Assembly (NCBI GenBank): GCA_036269455.1
Contig: DATARS010000209.1
Coordinates: 1-61,361, forward strand
Direction of reading: 5' to 3'
Length of the DNA: 61,361 bases
Origin: Candidatus Dormiibacterota bacterium
Lineage (GTDB): Bacteria; Chloroflexota; Dormibacteria; Aeolococcales; Aeolococcaceae
Made by a program: the position numbers and the translations under genes. A model generated the notes under the pieces. That model was not told the origin of the DNA. It saw only the letters and a program-made list of their open reading frames with translations, and searched no databases. This document shows, piece after piece, positions 24,368 to 34,791 of this stretch; position 1 is the first letter of the stretch; the number at the start of each line of letters is the position of its first letter.

Positions 24368-25438
24368 ATGCCGGCGATGGCCTGGGATCCCCCGGCGCTC
24401 GCGCCCCGGCCGCTCGGCGCCGCCGCCCCTCGCGGCCGCCTCGTCGACGACGCCGTCGACAGCGCGGCGCTCGCCGGCAACCCGCTCGGCGACCCGTCGC
24501 TGCGGCGGCTGCTGGTGTGGCTTCCGCCAGGCTACGACGACGAACCGGAACGCCGCCACCCGGCCGTCTACGTCCTCCCCGGATACGGCTCCTGCGTCGA
24601 GCGCTGGTGCAACCGCGACCTCTTCGAGCCGACGATCTTCGAGCGGCTCGAGGCGCTGCACGCCCGCATCGAGCCGCCGCCCCCGCCGCCGTGCATCCAC
24701 GTCTACGTCGACGGCGCCACCCGCTACGGCGGCAGCCAGTTCGTCAACTCCAGCGCGACCGGCGACCACGAGGACTACGTGGCCCAGGACGTGGTCGCGC
24801 ACGTCGACGCCTCGTACCGCACCCTGGCGTCGCGCGACCATCGCGGCGTCGCCGGGCACAGCAGCGGCGGGGTCGGCGCGGTGGTGCTCTGCATGCGCCG
24901 CCCCGACGTCTTCGGGGCCTGCGCCTCGCACGCCGGCGACAGCCTCTTCGAGCACTGCTACGGCCGCGAGCTCGCCGGCTTCGCCCGCGCCCTGCGCGAG
25001 AACGGACGCGACGTGGTGGCGCTTCGCAACCGCCTGCTCGCCGACGAGGTCTACCGGCGCGACAACTTCGGACCGCTGATGGTGCTCGGCTGCGCCGCCG
25101 CCTACTCGCCCGATCCCGCCGAGCCGCTCGGCATCGGCCTGCCCGTCGACGCCTCGGGCACCCTGGTCGACCGCAACTGGGACCGCTGGCTCGACAACGA
25201 CCCGGTGCGCATGGCCGAGCACCACGCCGGCGCGCTGCGCTCGCTGCGCGCCGTCTACCTCGACGCCGGCGACTCCGACGAGTACTACATGGACCTGGGC
25301 ACCGCCGCGCTCAGCGCCGAGCTGTCCCGCCTCGACGTCCCCCACCGCCACGAGCGCTTCCCCGGCGGCCACAGCGGCATCGCCCACCGCTACCCGATCG
25401 CCTACGAGCACCTCGCCCGGGCGCTCAGCCCGGAGTGA
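24368..25438 (+). CDS. putative esterase (alpha/beta hydrolase, esterase-D/enterochelin-esterase-like)
   Basis: VWLPPGYDD, YVLPGYG, nucleophile elbow GVAGHSSGGVGA. Start at ATG 24368 or 24377. Confidence 0.72.
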   Translation: MPAMAWDPPALAPRPLGAAAPRGRLVDDAVDSAALAGNPLGDPSLRRLLVWLPPGYDDEPERRHPAVYVLPGYGSCVERWCNRDLFEPTIFERLEALHARIEPPPPPPCIHVYVDGATRYGGSQFVNSSATGDHEDYVAQDVVAHVDASYRTLASRDHRGVAGHSSGGVGAVVLCMRRPDVFGACASHAGDSLFEHCYGRELAGFARALRENGRDVVALRNRLLADEVYRRDNFGPLMVLGCAAAYSPDPAEPLGIGLPVDASGTLVDRNWDRWLDNDPVRMAEHHAGALRSLRAVYLDAGDSDEYYMDLGTAALSAELSRLDVPHRHERFPGGHSGIAHRYPIAYEHLARALSPE

Positions 25439-26258
25439 GCAGCGCCAGCGCCCCCCAGAGGTTGCGGTCCTCGCCGAGGGTGGCGCGGAGCACCGGCGGC
25501 CGCGGCTGGAGGAAGAGGGCGGCGTCGACGGTTGCCGACAGCGACGGCCAGAACCGCTCCCACCTCCGGCAGACGCCACCGCCGAGGACCACCACCTCGG
25601 GGTCGTGGAGGGCGATGGCGTTGACGACGCCGAGGCCGAGCCAGCGGCCGACGTCCTCCCAGGCCTCGGGATCGTCGAGCTCCTCGGCGGGGCTGCCGAA
25701 GCGGCGGGCGATGGCCAGGCCGGAGGCGAGAGTCTCCAGGCAGCCGTGGCCGCCGCAGTGGCACGGGGGCCCCCCGAGCCAGCGCGGCCAGAGCACCTGG
25801 TGGCCGCCCTCGGTGTCGTGGCGGCCCGCCACCGGCCGGCCGTCGACCACCACCCCGCTGCCGATGCCCGTCGACACCGTGAAGTAGACGCAGCTGCGGC
25901 TCCCCGCCGCGGCGCCGGCGCGCGACTCGGCGAGGGCGGCGCAGTTGGCGTCGTTCTCGACCAGCACCGGGCAGCCGTAGCGGGCGCCGAGCCTCTCGGC
26001 GAGGGCGAGCCCATGCCAGCTCGGGGGCATGTTCGGGGGGTTGACCAGCGCCCCGCGGGCGCGGTCGAAGGGTCCGGGCACGGCGAGGGCGAGCCCGCTC
26101 AGCGGCTCGCCGCCGCGGGCCTCGTCGAGCATCTCCACCAGGGTCTCGAGCGGCCGCACCGCGGGGGTCGGGCGACGCACCGCCGCCCCGGGCTCACCTC
26201 CGTCCGCGGCGACCGCGGCGAGCAGCTTGGTGCCACCGATGTCGATCGCCCCGAGCAT
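25425..26258 (-). CDS. ROK family sugar kinase
   Basis: AIDIGGTKL, ENDANCAALAE, STGIGSGVV, and the zinc motif PCHCGGHGCLETLASG. Confidence 0.8.
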   Translation of the reverse strand: MLGAIDIGGTKLLAAVAADGGEPGAAVRRPTPAVRPLETLVEMLDEARGGEPLSGLALAVPGPFDRARGALVNPPNMPPSWHGLALAERLGARYGCPVLVENDANCAALAESRAGAAAGSRSCVYFTVSTGIGSGVVVDGRPVAGRHDTEGGHQVLWPRWLGGPPCHCGGHGCLETLASGLAIARRFGSPAEELDDPEAWEDVGRWLGLGVVNAIALHDPEVVVLGGGVCRRWERFWPSLSATVDAALFLQPRPPVLRATLGEDRNLWGALALLTPG

Positions 26259-26325
26259 GGGCGGGAGCCTATCAGGGCGCTCGCCACGGGCCAGGACCCC
26301 TCGGCCAACCGGGCATACTCGGACG

Positions 26326-27090
26326 ATGCTGCTCGCCATCGACGTGGGCAACTCCAACATCGTCGTCGGGGTCTTCGACGGCGAGCGGCTGGTCGCCGAC
26401 TTCCGGCTCCGCACCGACGCCCACGCCACCGGCGACGAGCTGGGGCTCACCGTGACCGGTCTGCTGCGCAGCCGCCAGGTCGAGCCGGGCTCGATCACCG
26501 GGGTGGTGGTGAGCAGCGTGGTGCCGACCCTCTCGCGGGCGATCGAGGGGCTCGCCCAGACCTTCTTCGGCCTGGTCCCGATGGTGGTCGGCCCCGGGGT
26601 GCGCACCGGGATGCGCATCCTCTACGACGACCCCCGCCAGGTCGGCGCCGACCGCATCGTCAACGCGATCGCCGCCTTCCGCCGCTACGGCGGCCCCGCG
26701 GTGCTCGTCGACTTCGGCACCGCCACCACCTTCGACGCCATCTCCGCCCAGGGCGAGTACCTCGGCGGCGCCATCGCCCCGGGGATGCTCATCAGCCTCG
26801 AGGCGCTGGTCGCCCGCGCCGCCAAGCTCAGCCGCGTCGACCTCGTCGCCCCGCCCTCGGTGATCGGCCGCACCACCACCACGAGCATGCAGGCGGGGAT
26901 GGTCTTCGGGTACGTCGGCCTCATCGAGGGGCTGGTCTCGCGGATGCGCCGTGAGCTCGGCCAGGCCACCCGGGTCATCGGCACCGGGGGGATCGCCGAG
27001 CTCATCGCCTCGGAGACCGACTGCATCGAGGTGGTGGACCAGCGCCTCACCCTCGACGGGCTTCGGCTGATCCACGAGCTCAACGTCTGA
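26326..27090 (+). CDS. coaX: type III pantothenate kinase
   Basis: MLLAIDVGNSNIVVGVF, VGADRIVNAIAA, VDFGTATTFD, GGAIAPG, TGGIAE. Confidence 0.9.
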   Translation: MLLAIDVGNSNIVVGVFDGERLVADFRLRTDAHATGDELGLTVTGLLRSRQVEPGSITGVVVSSVVPTLSRAIEGLAQTFFGLVPMVVGPGVRTGMRILYDDPRQVGADRIVNAIAAFRRYGGPAVLVDFGTATTFDAISAQGEYLGGAIAPGMLISLEALVARAAKLSRVDLVAPPSVIGRTTTTSMQAGMVFGYVGLIEGLVSRMRRELGQATRVIGTGGIAELIASETDCIEVVDQRLTLDGLRLIHELNV

Positions 27091-27114
27091 GGGGGGCCTC
27101 CCCCCTGCGCCCCG

Positions 27115-27393
27115 CTACCTGCCGACCTCGACCGCCCAGATCAGCATGGCGAAGAACCAGAAGGCGTAGCCGGCGCTGATCCAGACGCTCTGCATGTTGC
27201 GGCTCTCCACCCGGCGGCCGACCCGCACCATCGTCCAGAGCAGCAGCGCCGAGGCGATCACGACCAGCAGCCGGCCGCTGAGCGGGGCGGGCAGCACCAG
27301 GCCGAGGAGCAGGCAGAGCGCCGGCGGGAAGCCGAGCGGAAGGATCCACCAGGGCAGCTCGATGGGCTCGCCGAGGCGGCGCGGGCTGCTCAC
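27115..27393 (-). CDS. small membrane protein (92 aa, 2-3 TM)
   Basis: GTG 27393 overlaps the dus TGA (GTGA). Hydrophobic segments: LPWWILPLGFPPALCLLLGLVLPAPL, LLVVIASALLLWTMV, WISAGYAFWFFAMLIWAV. Confidence 0.45.
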   Translation of the reverse strand: MSSPRRLGEPIELPWWILPLGFPPALCLLLGLVLPAPLSGRLLVVIASALLLWTMVRVGRRVESRNMQSVWISAGYAFWFFAMLIWAVEVGR

Positions 27394-28436
27394 CCCTCGC
27401 CGCTGGTGAACACCGGCCGGAAGAAGCCGGTGTCGGACTCGCCGGCGGCGAGCGCGGCGTCGAAGAGCTCGTCGACGCGCTCGGGCGATTCGATGCTCTG
27501 CACCTCGGCGCGCAGCTTCGAGGCGCCGGCGCAGCCGCGGATCGTCCAGGCGACGTACTTGCGGCCGATCTTCAGCGCGCGGCGCTCGCCGTAGTACGTG
27601 ATGAGCTCGTGGAGGTGGCGGCGGCTCAGCGCGATGCGCTCGGCGAAGGGCTGCTCGCCGAGGCTGCCGCCGGTGGCGATGCGGTGGACCGCCTGGCGCA
27701 CCAGCCAGAAGTTGCCGAGCATGCCGCGGGCCACGACCACGCCGTCGACGCGGCCGCGCTCGATCTCGGCGGCGAGGCGGTCGATGTCGATCACGTCGCC
27801 ACTGCCGATCACCGGGATGTCGACCGCCTCCTTGACCCGGGCGATCTCGTCCCAGTCGGCGCTGCCGGCGTAGGCCTGGCATCGGGTCCGCCCGTGGATC
27901 GTGACCATTGCCACGCCGACGTCCTGGAGGGCGCGAGCGAGCTCGGGGGCGTTGATCGTCGAGTGGTCCCAGCCGAGCCGCATCTTGGCGGTGACGGGGA
28001 CGTCGACGGCGGCTGTCATCGCGCCCAGCACCCGGGCGGTCGCGCCGACGTCGCGGGCGAGGGCGGCGCCGTTGCCGATGCCCACCACCTTGCGTACCGG
28101 GCAGCCGAGGTTGACGTCGACGGTCTGGGCGCCGCGGTCGACGGCGACCCGGGCGGCCTCGGCCATGGTGTCGGGGTCGCTGCCGACCAGCTGCGCGCCC
28201 ACCGGGCAGTCGAGCCGGGAGGGGAAGTCGAGCAGCCGCAGGCTGGCGTCGATGCTGCGCGCCACCGCCTCGGCGGCGACCATCTCGGTGCACACCAGCC
28301 CCGCGCCCATCTCCGCGGCGATGCGGCGGAAGGGGGCGTCGGAGATCCCCGCCATGGGCGCGCAGAGCACCGGCGAGCGCAGCTCGAGGGAGCCGACGCG
28401 CACGCTGGAGCGGGGAACAGAGAGACCGGCGGTCAT
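27390..28436 (-). CDS. dus: tRNA-dihydrouridine synthase
   Basis: LCAPMAGISDAPFRRI, VCTEMV, VDVNLGCPVRKV, GAALARD, PVTAKMRLGWD, VTIHGRTR, DIPVIGSGD. Confidence 0.88.
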   Translation of the reverse strand: MTAGLSVPRSSVRVGSLELRSPVLCAPMAGISDAPFRRIAAEMGAGLVCTEMVAAEAVARSIDASLRLLDFPSRLDCPVGAQLVGSDPDTMAEAARVAVDRGAQTVDVNLGCPVRKVVGIGNGAALARDVGATARVLGAMTAAVDVPVTAKMRLGWDHSTINAPELARALQDVGVAMVTIHGRTRCQAYAGSADWDEIARVKEAVDIPVIGSGDVIDIDRLAAEIERGRVDGVVVARGMLGNFWLVRQAVHRIATGGSLGEQPFAERIALSRRHLHELITYYGERRALKIGRKYVAWTIRGCAGASKLRAEVQSIESPERVDELFDAALAAGESDTGFFRPVFTSGEG

Positions 28437-28538
28437 TCCCGCATGGTATCCGCGAACGCCCGGCGCTCCCCTATACTCGCCGGCCATCCCGTCGTGCCCC
28501 GCGGCGGCTCTCCGTCGCCCGTCGAGGTCTGCAGCCCC

Positions 28539-29000
28539 ATGCTCGACAAGCCCGTCCTCCTCACCCAGGAGGGCCTGGAGAAGCTCCAGAAGGAGCTCGA
28601 GGAGCTGCGCACCACCAGGCGCAGCGAGATCGCCGAACGCATCAAGTATGCGAAGGAGTTCGGCGACATCAGCGAGAACGCGGAGTACGACGACGCCAAG
28701 AACGAGCAGGGGATGCTCGAGGGCCGCATCCTCACCCTCGAGAAGATGATCCGCAACGCGGTGATCATCGAGGAGCAGCACGACGGGCGCGTCCAGGTCG
28801 GCTCGCGGGTGACCGTCCGGGACGAGTTCGGCGAGGAGGAGTACACGATCGTCGGACCCGCCGAGGTCGACGTCGCCAAGGGCCGCATCTCGATGGAGTC
28901 GCCGGTGGGCAAGGCGCTGCTCGGCCACCGCGTCGGCGAGGAGGTGAAGGTGCAGACCCCCGGCGGCACGCGCCCCGTCACCATCGTCCGCGTCTCCTGA
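28539..29000 (+). CDS. greA: transcription elongation factor GreA
   Basis: LTQEGLEKLQKELEELR..RSEIAERIKYAKEFGDISENAEYDDAKNEQGMLEGRILTLE, then ISMESPVGKALLGH. Confidence 0.93.
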   Translation: MLDKPVLLTQEGLEKLQKELEELRTTRRSEIAERIKYAKEFGDISENAEYDDAKNEQGMLEGRILTLEKMIRNAVIIEEQHDGRVQVGSRVTVRDEFGEEEYTIVGPAEVDVAKGRISMESPVGKALLGHRVGEEVKVQTPGGTRPVTIVRVS

Positions 29001-29015
29001 GCCCGGCGGCGGTCC

Positions 29016-30578
29016 ATGGCTGAGCAGGACCTGATCGCCGAGCGGCGCAGGAAGGTCGAGGAGCTGGCCGAGCTGGGGATCCCCGCCTACGGCGTCGACT
29101 TCCGTCCCGACGCGACCCTTGACGAGGCACTGGCGAGGCTGACCGCGTTCGAGGCCGAGGCGGGGCCGGCCCCCGAGGGAGGGGACCCTCGCGAGGGCCC
29201 GGCGGTCGCCGTCGCCGGAAGGGTGATGCAGCTGCGGCCCTCCGGCGGGGTGGTCTTCGCCCATATCGAGGACGAGGAGCGCCGTCTCCAGATCTGGTGC
29301 AAGCGCGACCGCGTCGGCGACGCCGCCTGGGAGCTGCTCCGCCGCCTCGACCTGGGCGACATCGTCGGGGTGCGCGGCCGGGTCACCCGCACCCGCCGCG
29401 GCGAGCCGAGCGTTCTCGCCGACGAGGTCGTGCTGCTGGTCAAGGCGCTGCGCCCGCCGCCCGAGAAGTTCCACGGGCTGCAGGACCAGGAGACCCGCTA
29501 CCGGCGCCGCTACCTCGACCTGCTCAGCCACGCCGAGCAGCGCCGCCACTTCGCCCAGCGCTCGGCGATCGTGCGCTCGGTGCGCGCCACCCTCGACGCC
29601 CGCGGCTTCCTCGAGGTCGAGACGCCGATCCTCCAGCCGATCGCGGGCGGCGCCAGCGCGAGGCCGTTCTCGACCCACTGGAACGCGCTCCACACCGACG
29701 TCTACCTGCGCATCGCCATCGAGCTCCACCTCAAGCGGCTGCTCGTCGGCGGCTACCGCCGCGTCTACGAGATCGGCCGGGTCTTCCGCAACGAGGGGCT
29801 CTCGCCGCGCCACAACCCCGAGTTCACGATGCTCGAGGCCTACGAGGCCTACGGCGACTACGCCACGATGCGCGAGCTCGCCGAGGCGATCGTGGTCGAC
29901 GCCGCCAACGCCGCGGGACCGCAGCCGGAGCCCGAGGAGGGCGGCTCCTTCCCGTGCCTCGACCCGCTCTCGCGCCGGCTCGGCGGCCAGCCGCTCGACC
30001 TCACCCCGCCGTTCCGCACGGCCCGGATGGTCGACCTCGTCGCCGAGCGCTGCGGCTTCGACCCCCTCGCCGCCTGGGACGCGGGCACCATGGTCGACGA
30101 GGCGGCCCGCCTCGGCGTCCAGCCCCCGCCCGGCGCCGGGCCCGGCGGCGTGCTCCTCGAGATCTACGAGCAGCACGTGGAGTCGACGCTCTGGGACCCG
30201 ACCTTCGTGCTCGACTACCCCGCCGAGGTCTCGCCGCTGGCGCGCCGCCGCACCGACGATCCCCGCTTCACCGAGCGCTTCGAGCTGATCGTCGCCGGGC
30301 GCGAGCTCGCCAACGCCTTCAGCGAGCTCAACGACCCCATCGACCAGCGCCGTCGCTTCGAGGACCAGGCGCGCAAGCGCGCCGCCGGCGACGCCGAGGC
30401 GCAGCCGCTCGACGAGGACTTCCTCGAGGCCATCGAGACCGGGATGCCGCCGGCGGGCGGGCTGGGCGTCGGCATCGACCGGCTGGTCATGCTGCTCAGC
30501 GACAGCCCCACCATCCGCGACGTGCTGCTCTTCCCCACGATGCGCCCGCAGCAGCAGGCCACGGGAGAGACCAGGTGA
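29016..30578 (+). CDS. lysS: lysine--tRNA ligase (class II)
   Basis: RYRRRYLDL, GFLEVETPILQ, GGASARPF, YLRIAIELHLKRLLVGG, VYEIGRVFRNEG, HNPEFTMLE, FELIVAGRELANAFSELNDP, GMPPAGGLGVGIDRLVM. Confidence 0.93.
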   Translation: MAEQDLIAERRRKVEELAELGIPAYGVDFRPDATLDEALARLTAFEAEAGPAPEGGDPREGPAVAVAGRVMQLRPSGGVVFAHIEDEERRLQIWCKRDRVGDAAWELLRRLDLGDIVGVRGRVTRTRRGEPSVLADEVVLLVKALRPPPEKFHGLQDQETRYRRRYLDLLSHAEQRRHFAQRSAIVRSVRATLDARGFLEVETPILQPIAGGASARPFSTHWNALHTDVYLRIAIELHLKRLLVGGYRRVYEIGRVFRNEGLSPRHNPEFTMLEAYEAYGDYATMRELAEAIVVDAANAAGPQPEPEEGGSFPCLDPLSRRLGGQPLDLTPPFRTARMVDLVAERCGFDPLAAWDAGTMVDEAARLGVQPPPGAGPGGVLLEIYEQHVESTLWDPTFVLDYPAEVSPLARRRTDDPRFTERFELIVAGRELANAFSELNDPIDQRRRFEDQARKRAAGDAEAQPLDEDFLEAIETGMPPAGGLGVGIDRLVMLLSDSPTIRDVLLFPTMRPQQQATGETR

Positions 30579-31831
30579 TCGCCCTCCAGCGCATCCGCGA
30601 CGAGCCGGAGCTGATCCGCGAGGGAGCCCGGCTGAAGGGCGAGCCCGCCCCGGTCGACGAGATCCTCGAGCTCGACCAGCGCGCCCGCGCGCTCCGCGCC
30701 GACGTCGAGGCCGCGCGGGCCGAGCAGAACCGTGAGGGGAAGGCGATCCGGGGGAAGCCCACCGACGAGCAGCGCGAGATGCTCGCCGAGCTGAAGCGGC
30801 GCATCCAGGAGGGCGAGGAGCAGCTCGGCGCGCTCGACCAGAGCATCCACGATCTGCTGCTGGTGGTGCCCAACCCGCCCCATCCCAGCGTCCCGATCGG
30901 CACCAGCGACGCCGACAACGTCACCGTGCGCACCTGGGGCGAGCCCGCCACCTTCGACTTCACCCCGCGTCCGCATCACGAGCTCGGCGAGGCGCTGGGA
31001 ATCTTCGACTTCGAGCGCGCCGCCAAGATCAGCGGCGCGCGGTTCGCGGTGCTCTACGGCGACGGCGCCCGGCTGCAGCGCGCGCTCGTCGCCTACATGC
31101 TCGACATGGCGCACGAGCGCGGCTACGGCGAGGTGGCGCCGCCCTACCTGGTCCGCCGCGAGGCGATGGTCGGCACCGGCAACCTGCCCAAGTTCGAGGA
31201 CGACGCCTTCCACACCGACGGCGACATGTTCCTCATCCCCACCGCCGAGGTCCCGGTCACCAACCTCTACCGCGAGGAGATCCTCGACGGCGACCGCCTC
31301 CCGATCCGCCACGTCGCCTTCACCCCCTGCTGGCGGCGCGAGGCGGGGGCCGCCGGCAGGGACACCCGTGGCTACATCCGCCTCCACCAGTTCGACAAGG
31401 TGGAGCTGGTGAAGTTCGTCGACCCGGAGCGCTCGCTCGACGAGCTCGAGGGGCTGGTCGCCGACGCCGAGGCGGTGCTCCAGGGCCTGGGGATCCACTA
31501 CCGGGTGCTGCTGATGTGCACCGGCGACATGGGCTTCGCCCAGTGGAAGAAGTTCGACCTCGAGGCGTGGTGCCCGGGGATGGGGCGCTGGCTCGAGGTC
31601 TCCTCCTGCAGCGTCTTCGCCGACTTCCAGGCGCGCCGCGCCGACATCCGCTACCGCCCCGGGCCACAGGAGCGTCCGCGCTTCGTGCACACCATCAACG
31701 GCAGCGCGCTCGCGGTGCCACGCACCTTCGACGCGGTGCTCGAGACCCACCAGCAGGAGGACGGCTCGGTGGTGGTGCCCGAGGTGCTCCGCGGCCACCT
31801 GGGCGGGATGGAGCGGCTCACCCCTCGATGA
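30575..31831 (+). CDS. serS: serine--tRNA ligase
   Basis: GARFAVLYGDGARLQRAL, GTGNLPKFEDD, LIPTAEVPVTN, FTPCWRREAGAAGRDTRG, RLHQFDKVE, NGSALAVPR. GTGA overlap with lysS. Confidence 0.93.
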   Translation: MIALQRIRDEPELIREGARLKGEPAPVDEILELDQRARALRADVEAARAEQNREGKAIRGKPTDEQREMLAELKRRIQEGEEQLGALDQSIHDLLLVVPNPPHPSVPIGTSDADNVTVRTWGEPATFDFTPRPHHELGEALGIFDFERAAKISGARFAVLYGDGARLQRALVAYMLDMAHERGYGEVAPPYLVRREAMVGTGNLPKFEDDAFHTDGDMFLIPTAEVPVTNLYREEILDGDRLPIRHVAFTPCWRREAGAAGRDTRGYIRLHQFDKVELVKFVDPERSLDELEGLVADAEAVLQGLGIHYRVLLMCTGDMGFAQWKKFDLEAWCPGMGRWLEVSSCSVFADFQARRADIRYRPGPQERPRFVHTINGSALAVPRTFDAVLETHQQEDGSVVVPEVLRGHLGGMERLTPR

Positions 31832-32373
31832 GCCGGCCGCCGGCGCTGGTCGAGCTCGACGACGCCTGGCTCAACGATCGCACCGAGTTCCAGCGCAACT
31901 TCGTCCACGGCGCCGCCAACCCCCACGGGCTCCACATCCAGTACCGGCTGGAGCGCCCGCGGAGCGACGCCGGCCCCGACCCCGGGCTGCCGCCCCACCT
32001 GGTGGTGGGGGAGTGGACCCCCGACCCGGTGCTCCACGTCGGCTTCCCCGGCGTCGTCCACGGCGGCCTGGTCTCCGCGGTGCTCGACGACGTCATGGGC
32101 CGCAGCCCGCTGCTGCTCCGGCGCTGGGTCGTCACCGGCCGGCTCGAGGTGCGCTACCGCGGTCCCGCCCCGGCGGCGACGCCGCTGCGGGTCGAGGGCT
32201 GGATGACCGGGCTGCGCCGCCGGGTGATCACCGCCGCCGGCCGGCTGCTGCTGGGCGACCGGGTGGTCGCCGAGGCGTCCGGAACGTACCTGCCGCTCAC
32301 CCCCGAGCTGGAGCGGGAGATGGTCGAGCACTGGCCCGGTTTCGCCGCCTACCTCGGCGACGCCGGGGTCTGA
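31828..32373 (+). CDS. hotdog-fold (PaaI-like) thioesterase family protein
   Basis: GVVHGGLVSAVLDDVMG and the downstream strand pattern. ATGA overlap with serS. Confidence 0.62.
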   Translation: MSRPPALVELDDAWLNDRTEFQRNFVHGAANPHGLHIQYRLERPRSDAGPDPGLPPHLVVGEWTPDPVLHVGFPGVVHGGLVSAVLDDVMGRSPLLLRRWVVTGRLEVRYRGPAPAATPLRVEGWMTGLRRRVITAAGRLLLGDRVVAEASGTYLPLTPELEREMVEHWPGFAAYLGDAGV

Positions 32374-32385
32374 GACCATGGCGCG

Positions 32386-33156
32386 ATGCGCCACCAGGAC
32401 CGCCGCCGCTCGCTCTCCTTCGGCGACGACGCCGACGCCTACGACCGCGAGCGGCCGTCGTATCCGCCCGCGCTGATCGACCGGCTGATGGACACGCGGC
32501 CGCGGCGGGTGCTCGACATCGGCTGCGGCACCGGCAAGGCGGGACGGCTGCTCGCCGAGCGCGGCTGCGCGGTGCTCGGGGTCGAGCCCGACCCGCGGAT
32601 GGCCGCGGTGGCGCGCGGGCACGGGCTGGAGGTCGAGGAGGCGCGCTTCGAGGAGTGGGACCCGGCGGGCCGGAGCTTCGACCTCGCCATGAGCGCCCAG
32701 GCCTGGCACTGGGTCGACCCCACCGCCGGGGCGGCGGCGGCGGCCGCGGCGCTCCGACCCGGCGGCCGGCTCGCGCTCGTCTGGAATCGCGGCAGCCACG
32801 ACCCCGCGACCCAGGCGGCGCTCGACGAGGTCTACCTGCGGCTGGTCCCGGCGCTGCGCGAGAGCTCGGGGCCGCCCGGCGCCATGGATCCCCCGGGGGG
32901 CGGACTGAGCCACGACGAGGCGATCGCCGTGGACGGGCGCTTCGGCCCGGCCGAGGCCGACACCGTCGAGTGGGAGCGCGACTATCCCCGCGACCGCTGG
33001 CTCGAGCTGATCACCACCCACAGCGACCACCGCGTCCTCCCCGCCGAGCAGCGCGCCCGGCTGCTGGCCGCGGTCGGCGAGGTGATCGACTCGCTCGGCG
33101 GCAGCATCCGGCTGCACTACCGCACCGTGCTCACCCGCTGGCCCCGGAGGGAGTAG
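32386..33156 (+). CDS. class I SAM-dependent methyltransferase
   Basis: Motif I VLDIGCGTGKAG. Post-I LGVEPD. AQAWHWVD, LRPGGRLALVWN. Confidence 0.8.
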   Translation: MRHQDRRRSLSFGDDADAYDRERPSYPPALIDRLMDTRPRRVLDIGCGTGKAGRLLAERGCAVLGVEPDPRMAAVARGHGLEVEEARFEEWDPAGRSFDLAMSAQAWHWVDPTAGAAAAAAALRPGGRLALVWNRGSHDPATQAALDEVYLRLVPALRESSGPPGAMDPPGGGLSHDEAIAVDGRFGPAEADTVEWERDYPRDRWLELITTHSDHRVLPAEQRARLLAAVGEVIDSLGGSIRLHYRTVLTRWPRRE

Positions 33157-34558
33157 CAAGCGCCTCGACCCGGCGGTGGAGGCGCTCGACCCAGAGCTCG
33201 TGCGCCGGCTTCATCAGGACGCTGCGCAGCACCCGCGCCGAGGCGGCGTTCGCATCGACCTCCGGCAGCAGCGCGCCGAGCCGGGTGGCGTCGAGCCGGA
33301 GCACGCTGAGGTAGACCGGGTCGGGCTCGGCCATGCCCCGCTGCAGCATCTCCTGGCAGGCGGCGTCGAGGGCGCTCAGCGAGCGCGGCGCCCGCGGCAC
33401 CAGGGTGACGATGTCGAGCTCGGGGCGGAGCACGGGGGCGAGCAGCTCGGAGTCGCCGAGCAGCTCCCACCAGCGACGCGCGGCGCGCAGGCCGGCGGCG
33501 AGCACCGCGCCGAGACCGGCGGGGGTCAGGGGGAACGCCTGGAGGGTGAGCCAGAGCGCCGCCGCCGCGGCGCCGGCGCGCGAGCACTCCAGGCTGATCT
33601 CGCCGAGGTGCCCGCCCGCCGCCGTGTAATAGGTGTAGGGCGAGTCATGCGCGTAGAGACGCGCGACCGAGGGATCGCGGAAGAGCACCGCGCCGCAGCC
33701 GTAGGGCTGCAGTCCGTGCTTGTGGGGGTCGACGACGACCGAGTCGCACCCGGCGATGGCGCGCAGCGGCGCGACCGGCACCGCGTCGCCGTCCCCGGCC
33801 CAGGCGAGGATGGCAAAGAGGCCGCCGTAGGCGGCGTCGACGTGGACCCGCACCCCGTGCTCGCGGGCGAGCGGCAGGACCAGGTCGACGGGGTCGACCG
33901 CTCCCAGCCCGGTGGTGCCGGCGGTGACCACCACGGTGCCGCAGCGGCCGGAGCGCAGCAGCGCCTCGAGCGCGCTCACGTCGATGCGCCCGGCGGCGTC
34001 GGTGGCGACCGGCTCGCACGCCATCCCGAGCAGGTGGCACATCCGCGCGTGGGTGTAGTGCGCCTGCTCGCTGCAGGCCACGCCGCGGCCGGGGTGGAGC
34101 TCGCGGGCGACGAAGAGCGCCTCGAGGTTGGCGACGGTGCCGCCCCCGGTGAGGTGGCCCAGGGTGTCGCCGGGGAGGTGGAGCATCGCGGCGAGCATCG
34201 CCACCGCCTCGCGCTCCAGCGCCGCCGTGGCCGGGCCGCCGTCGAGGGCGTGGTTGTTGGGGTTGACCAGCATCGCGGCGAGGTGGCCGGCGATCGCCGC
34301 GGGATGGGGCGGCTTGAGCATCTGCCCCGCGTAGCGCGGATGGAAGAACGGGTAGTTGTCGCGCAGCCGGCCGGTGAGCTCGTCGAGCAGCGCCTCGACG
34401 CGCCCGGCGTCGAGCTCGAGGGCGGGGTGGCCGGGCGCGGGGCCGAAGCCGTCCTGCCAGTCCCGCATCGCGGCGATGACCCGGGCGCACCAGGCGGAGA
34501 GCGGATCGCCGTCCGCGGGGGTGGGGGAGGAGCTCACAGGAGAAGGCTCCAAAGCCAA
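33131..34558 (-). CDS. PLP-dependent group II amino-acid decarboxylase family protein
   Basis: GHLTGGGTVANLEAL, VHVDAAYGG, DPHKHGLQPYGCGAVLF (PLP-Lys motif). The 3' end overlaps the convergent methyltransferase by 26 nt. Confidence 0.78.
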   Translation of the reverse strand: MALEPSPVSSSPTPADGDPLSAWCARVIAAMRDWQDGFGPAPGHPALELDAGRVEALLDELTGRLRDNYPFFHPRYAGQMLKPPHPAAIAGHLAAMLVNPNNHALDGGPATAALEREAVAMLAAMLHLPGDTLGHLTGGGTVANLEALFVARELHPGRGVACSEQAHYTHARMCHLLGMACEPVATDAAGRIDVSALEALLRSGRCGTVVVTAGTTGLGAVDPVDLVLPLAREHGVRVHVDAAYGGLFAILAWAGDGDAVPVAPLRAIAGCDSVVVDPHKHGLQPYGCGAVLFRDPSVARLYAHDSPYTYYTAAGGHLGEISLECSRAGAAAAALWLTLQAFPLTPAGLGAVLAAGLRAARRWWELLGDSELLAPVLRPELDIVTLVPRAPRSLSALDAACQEMLQRGMAEPDPVYLSVLRLDATRLGALLPEVDANAASARVLRSVLMKPAHELWVERLHRRVEALATPSGASG

Positions 34559-34791
34559 CGAATCGGCGCGATTGCACGGATCTGCGCGAATCGGCGCAGG
34601 CTGGGATATGATCCCAGGCGGAAGGCACTGATCGATGCGGGCAGCACCTCGGGTGTTGCGACCGCCCCGGCGGGAGAGCGGCCGGCCCTCATGCTGCTCT
34701 GTTCATGTCAGCCTCGTCCTCAACATGCCTGCTGACGATACTCCCGGCTGACGGGCGGTCCCCCCGTGGGATGGGCCTGTCACCGCTGTCA